Below are positions 17,233 to 20,646 of a stretch of DNA of 20,646 nucleotides, one piece after another. Position 1 is the first letter of the stretch. Each line of letters starts with the position of its first letter. The DNA is from an uncultured virus (IMG/VR IMGVR_UViG_3300025937_000005) (lineage: Duplodnaviria > Heunggongvirae > Uroviricota > Caudoviricetes): the IMG/VR virus record IMGVR_UViG_3300025937_000005; one strand, given 5' to 3'. Below the pieces are notes generated by a model. That model was not told the DNA's origin. It did not search any database and saw only the letters and a program-made list of their open reading frames with translations. The translations under genes and the position numbers were made by a program.

Positions 17233-18913
17233 ATATGGCCAGTATATGAAACAGAAGTATGCCCATATACTACAGCCCCCTATTACAAAATACGAGAAAG
17301 ACCCTGAAATAAAAGAAACAATACATGAGAAGCGCAAGCGCCTTTTCAACAAGGACACCGGTTCCCTGCAACTAAACCTAAAGAAAGTCCCGTTTTGGAT
17401 TTGGGATGAAAGCCTGCATGAAACCTTAAGAAAGCAAACAGGTGACATGTGTTGTTTCGTAGACATGATAGGTAGACCAGTAAACCCCAAGACAGGAGAG
17501 GAAAACCCGTTGTTCCCCTACGAATATGACATCATCAAGGCCTTGTTTATCCCATCATTTGCCAACCCCGGTAATGATGTAAGGAGGCACAAGCATATCT
17601 GGATTAAGAAGGCCAGGGGGGCAGGAATCACAGAGTTCTTTATCTACTTCATGCTTTATTTGCCCTGCGCCTTTCCGGAGGTTTTTTATGACACACAACA
17701 AGCGATCATAACCGGTATCAGGAAAACAACCGCCATCAAGGTAATGCAGAGGATGAAGCATAAACTATACCAAAAGTTGGGGATTGTCACAGACTTTAAT
17801 GAATCCGTTCTCGACATCAACGGCTGCATGATTGAGGCCTATCCCGCAAACAATCCCGACACAATTAGGGGACTGCATAGGATGAAGGGCATCCTGTTCG
17901 ACGAGGCCGATTCCATCTCCATAAACATGATAGATGAAATGCTGTCGGCCATTGAAGGATATATTGCCAAGAACAACCCCTACATCATCATAAACGGCAC
18001 GGCAAAGAAGATAGGCGGCATGATGCAGCAGATAGAGGAGCAGCAACAGGAAACCTGCAACTACAAGCGTCTTTTCATATTGGCTGACAAACTGTTGGGA
18101 TACATCTACACACAGGAGGATTTGGATTTGGCCTCCACATCACCCTATTACCGCCAGGAGTATTGGGGAGAATACAAAGGAGAAAAGGGCAACCTGTTCC
18201 CGCAGGAATTCTTGGATTATGCCGCTGGGCTTACTGATGAGTTAGTAATAAGGGATACAATGACTGGTGAGGTTCGCCGCACAATATCCAGGCCGCCAAA
18301 GGAACTGACAGTCCAGGATGTCATATCCGACTATAGATTTCTGGGCCCATCATACAGAACCAGCGTGGGGACGGACCCCGCCTTCAACTCATCCATGTTT
18401 GCGTCCGTAGTCTACAAGGAGATAGAGGGGCATATCTACGCGGTAAGGGAACAGGAAATCCTGGCCCCCTCTTCCGAACAGGGTATAGAAATGCAGAAAA
18501 GGCTGATATACCAGGACTATCCCTCCATTGCCCCTAAAATCTGGATAGACATGTCAGCCACGTTGTTTATCCGCTCACTAAAGAACGACATAAGTGAAGA
18601 CCCCGACTACCACAACATGAGTCCCGACCTACTAAAAGAGTCAATGTATTCACCCATGGGGATGACTGTGTGCCCCATCCCCTTCAACAAATACGGCGAT
18701 AGGATGAACTACCACTGGCGCCGGCTTATGGAGTTGGGAGTTTACCACATAGACAAGAAGGTTACTCCCTACCTTTGGATATCAATGAACTCAGCCAAGT
18801 TTGAGGAAAAGACAAGCAAGTTCAACAAGCACGACACCGCCAAGAACGACATATTTGATGCCGGCCGTTTGGCGACATGCTCTTATAAAATAGCAAACAT
18901 AGGCGTATTGTAA
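17189..18913 (+). CDS. terL: Terminase large subunit
   Basis: LFPYE, Walker A HIWIKKARGAGITE, IRG, Walker B ILFDEAD, coupling motif INGT, RQEY.GEY, nuclease VGTDPAF...NDIFDA. The start may be ATG 17246. Confidence 0.92.
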   Translation: MQSPGLGQLQKINSEYGQYMKQKYAHILQPPITKYEKDPEIKETIHEKRKRLFNKDTGSLQLNLKKVPFWIWDESLHETLRKQTGDMCCFVDMIGRPVNPKTGEENPLFPYEYDIIKALFIPSFANPGNDVRRHKHIWIKKARGAGITEFFIYFMLYLPCAFPEVFYDTQQAIITGIRKTTAIKVMQRMKHKLYQKLGIVTDFNESVLDINGCMIEAYPANNPDTIRGLHRMKGILFDEADSISINMIDEMLSAIEGYIAKNNPYIIINGTAKKIGGMMQQIEEQQQETCNYKRLFILADKLLGYIYTQEDLDLASTSPYYRQEYWGEYKGEKGNLFPQEFLDYAAGLTDELVIRDTMTGEVRRTISRPPKELTVQDVISDYRFLGPSYRTSVGTDPAFNSSMFASVVYKEIEGHIYAVREQEILAPSSEQGIEMQKRLIYQDYPSIAPKIWIDMSATLFIRSLKNDISEDPDYHNMSPDLLKESMYSPMGMTVCPIPFNKYGDRMNYHWRRLMELGVYHIDKKVTPYLWISMNSAKFEEKTSKFNKHDTAKNDIFDAGRLATCSYKIANIGVL

Positions 18914-19242
18914 TGAAGTGCAGTCACCCAATATGCGTTGAGCAAAGAAGCAAGACACACCTGAAAACATGTGATTGGTACAAGAAACACATGAGATGCA
19001 TGAAGTGCCAGGTGATGTGGCCCCGTCCACCACACATAGACGTGAAGCATCCTGCCCCCGGCCACCATCCACGCTGTCCACACTGCAACAGCCCGTTAAG
19101 GCTAAGGCCCCCACACCAAACAAGACGATACATACACATGGGCAAGAAAAAAATGCGAACTGAATGCATATACATGACAGACTCAAAGTTCATAGAAAAG
19201 ATAAAGGCCACCTACCATTGTTGCGCAATTGCCAAATCCTGA
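18913..19242 (+). CDS. Small Cys-rich protein, third paralog
   Basis: MKCSHPIC...WYKKHMRCMKC...RCPHCNSPLRLRP; TAATG overlap with terL. Confidence 0.7.
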   Translation: MKCSHPICVEQRSKTHLKTCDWYKKHMRCMKCQVMWPRPPHIDVKHPAPGHHPRCPHCNSPLRLRPPHQTRRYIHMGKKKMRTECIYMTDSKFIEKIKATYHCCAIAKS

Positions 19243-19591
19243 AGTGGACAGCAGCATGTCAGTAACCCCACTGCCAAATCCAAAAGACAACATATCCGAC
19301 AAAGAAAGGGAATCACTGTTCCCAAACCTAATCAGGCTACTAAAACAGGAGTATGACAAGTTACTTGATGAGCAGTATTACTCCCACTTTTCATTCCTTG
19401 AAACCCAGACGATAATAGACATACTTTCAGTGTTTAGTGCGGAGGTGATAAGGGAAGCCTCAATAATAGAGGGCAACCCCACCACTTCAAAAGCCAGGCT
19501 GCGATTATTGTCTGAAGCCGTTGCCAAACAGATAAGAAACACATGCAACAACTATGCCAACGATATGATAAACAATGAGGATATGAAATAA
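19229..19591 (+). CDS. Hypothetical helical protein
   Basis: 120 aa; the TTG start overlaps the upstream ORF. Confidence 0.65.
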   Translation: MPNPEVDSSMSVTPLPNPKDNISDKERESLFPNLIRLLKQEYDKLLDEQYYSHFSFLETQTIIDILSVFSAEVIREASIIEGNPTTSKARLRLLSEAVAKQIRNTCNNYANDMINNEDMK

Positions 19592-19593
19592 CC

Positions 19594-19687
19594 TGGGTAG
19601 GTGGGAGTTGAACCCACGCTTTTATCTAGAAATATTTTGTAGAGGTTTACCTGACGGAAACGCTCTCTACTAGCACCCCGCAACCCA
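19594..19687 (-). ncRNA. tRNA-like RNA A (94 nt), no canonical anticodon arm
   Basis: Acceptor TGGGTTG/CTACCCA (6/7 pairs), T arm GTGGG-TTCAACT-CCCAC, internal hairpin GTAGAG...CTCTAC; TTTATATT box at 19715-19708. Confidence 0.65.
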
Positions 19688-19707
19688 TTCTTAATTTAAT
19701 TATTAAT

Positions 19708-19715
19708 AATATAAA
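19708..19715 (-). promoter_or_regulatory. TATA box for RNA A
   Basis: AAAA-TTTATATT, beginning 28 nt upstream of the first acceptor-stem base. Confidence 0.6.
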
Positions 19716-19720
19716 TTTTA

Positions 19721-19775
19721 GGAGGGGACGGGATTTGAACCCGTGACCTGGTGGCCAAACCTGCGCTACCCCTCG
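19721..19775 (-). ncRNA. tRNA-like RNA B (55-nt mini-tRNA)
   Basis: CGAGGGG TA GCGCAGGTTTGGCCACC AGGTC ACGGG TTCAAAT CCCGT CCCCTCC: 6-bp acceptor with C1:C72, U8A9, an AGGUC variable loop and a perfect T arm; about one arm is missing. Confidence 0.7.
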
Positions 19776-19779
19776 ACTT

Positions 19780-19811
19780 GGCCCGAACAGGTTAATTACG
19801 TCTGTCCGGCC
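19780..19811 (-). other. GC-rich hairpin directly 5' of RNA B
   Basis: GGCCGGACAG-ACGTAATTAAC-CTGTTC(G)GGCC, 10 pairs with one bulge. Confidence 0.6.
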
Positions 19812-19834
19812 CCACCTATTATTCTACCCCTATC

Positions 19835-19888
19835 AATATAAACCTTTTTACTTAATTAACTAGTTAATTTGGTAGTTAAGTTTAAATA
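19835..19888. promoter_or_regulatory. Bidirectional promoter with a central octamer array
   Basis: Minus: TAGTTAAT TAAGTAAA AAGG TTTATATT (TATA 19842-19835). Plus: TAATTAAC TAGTTAAT TTGGTAGT TAAG TTTAAATA (19881-19888), ATG at 19922. Confidence 0.65.
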
Positions 19889-19921
19889 ATAATCAGCTAA
19901 AAAGAAAGTGAGAAAATAACA

Positions 19922-20107
19922 ATGGGTGACATAAAAATAACGGACTTGTATATGATACATGAACTGGATGACGTAAAGGATAAGTTTCAGGTATTCGACA
20001 CTAAGGAGGGTAGGGTATTGCAGTCAATGGTATTGACCAGGGATGAACTTATGAAACTTGATGATGAAATAGACAAGATAATCATAAGGAAGGCAACAAA
20101 AGAATGA
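19922..20107 (+). CDS. Hypothetical protein
   Basis: 61 aa; TATA box upstream and ATGA overlap downstream. Confidence 0.65.
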   Translation: MGDIKITDLYMIHELDDVKDKFQVFDTKEGRVLQSMVLTRDELMKLDDEIDKIIIRKATKE

Positions 20108-20343
20108 TAAAGTTTCTGATAATGTATGAGGATGGGTTGGGCATGCTGGCCCACCGGATGACGAAAGAAATGAACGGGGTGCAGAGAAACGGCGGCACAG
20201 TCACCTCCACAAACATATTCAAGGACAACCCCAACCTTCTAACCGGTGTAATCTTTTACGATGAATCCAAAAAGGACAGGATAAACGGCCAGGTGTTAGA
20301 GAAGGAACAAAAGGAGATTATGGAGGCGCAACCACCAAAATGA
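20104..20343 (+). CDS. Hypothetical protein
   Basis: 79 aa; ATGA overlaps on both sides. Confidence 0.65.
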   Translation: MIKFLIMYEDGLGMLAHRMTKEMNGVQRNGGTVTSTNIFKDNPNLLTGVIFYDESKKDRINGQVLEKEQKEIMEAQPPK

Positions 20344-20624
20344 CAACTACAGTAATAGACACAAGGTTGGTGGACTATCTTATGGCGGCCATCATTGTTG
20401 TCGGCTCCATATTCGCTGTCATGCTGGGCTTTACTGTTATGAACATGGTATATGGGTATCTTATAATACCATATGACCCTGACTTTCTTCTCCTTTACAA
20501 AAACAACACCGCAGCCTGGGCAGAGGAATTGGACTATTATGGGGAAAGGCTGAACCAAACCATGTATCCCCTTTGCTGTCACCAGTTCGGCGAGGGTGAG
20601 GTATGGGGTGACACAAGAAAATAA
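20340..20624 (+). CDS. Small membrane protein
   Basis: Hydrophobic stretch LMAAIIVVGSIFAVMLGFTVMNMVYGYLII. Confidence 0.65.
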   Translation: MTTTVIDTRLVDYLMAAIIVVGSIFAVMLGFTVMNMVYGYLIIPYDPDFLLLYKNNTAAWAEELDYYGERLNQTMYPLCCHQFGEGEVWGDTRK

Positions 20625-20646
20625 ATAAACTAACTAAATAACTATA

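Noticed and set aside
19639..19670. Bulge-helix-bulge intron, or a UCA suppressor anticodon, in RNA A
   Set aside because: On the transcribed strand the 3-nt bulge is on the wrong side of the 4-bp helix, and the loop around TCA lacks U33 and proper geometry.
19594..19775. Elements as attP/attL tRNA fragments or as standard tRNAs
   Set aside because: Both have matching 5' acceptor strands and their own TATA boxes, unlike 3'-only att remnants. No canonical 5-bp/7-nt anticodon arm can be drawn, so no isotype is assigned. No integrase is in the window.
19824..19831. Second AGGGGTAG copy as an alternative acceptor strand for RNA B
   Set aside because: It lies only a few bases after the TATA box, upstream of the expected transcription start.

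Overview
This window looks like a fragment of an archaeal head-tail virus or provirus (Caudoviricetes-type), most likely infecting ammonia-oxidising archaea (Nitrososphaerota). The host call is inferred from an archaeal MCM helicase, a thaumarchaeal-type Hjc resolvase, TATA-box promoters and remembered similarity to host protein families; no searches were run. In order, it holds: a 5'-truncated large beta-rich protein with Gly/Thr linkers; MCM; CxxC microproteins, a wHTH protein and a DUF559-like nuclease; a minus-strand block (RHH regulators, thymidylate kinase-like protein, Hjc); a plus-strand block (all-alpha dUTPase, ParB-N protein, C5 DNA methyltransferase) bracketed by a 28-bp palindromic direct repeat; putative small and large terminase subunits; and small ORFs. 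The most unusual signals are two tandem tRNA-like RNA genes (19594-19817, minus strand), each with its own TATA box, an acceptor stem and a perfect T arm but no normal anticodon arm; octamer (GTAAY-core) arrays beside several TATA boxes; strong AGCT and GATC avoidance; and an Hjc that appears to need a CTG start. No integrase, portal, capsid or polymerase gene is visible.
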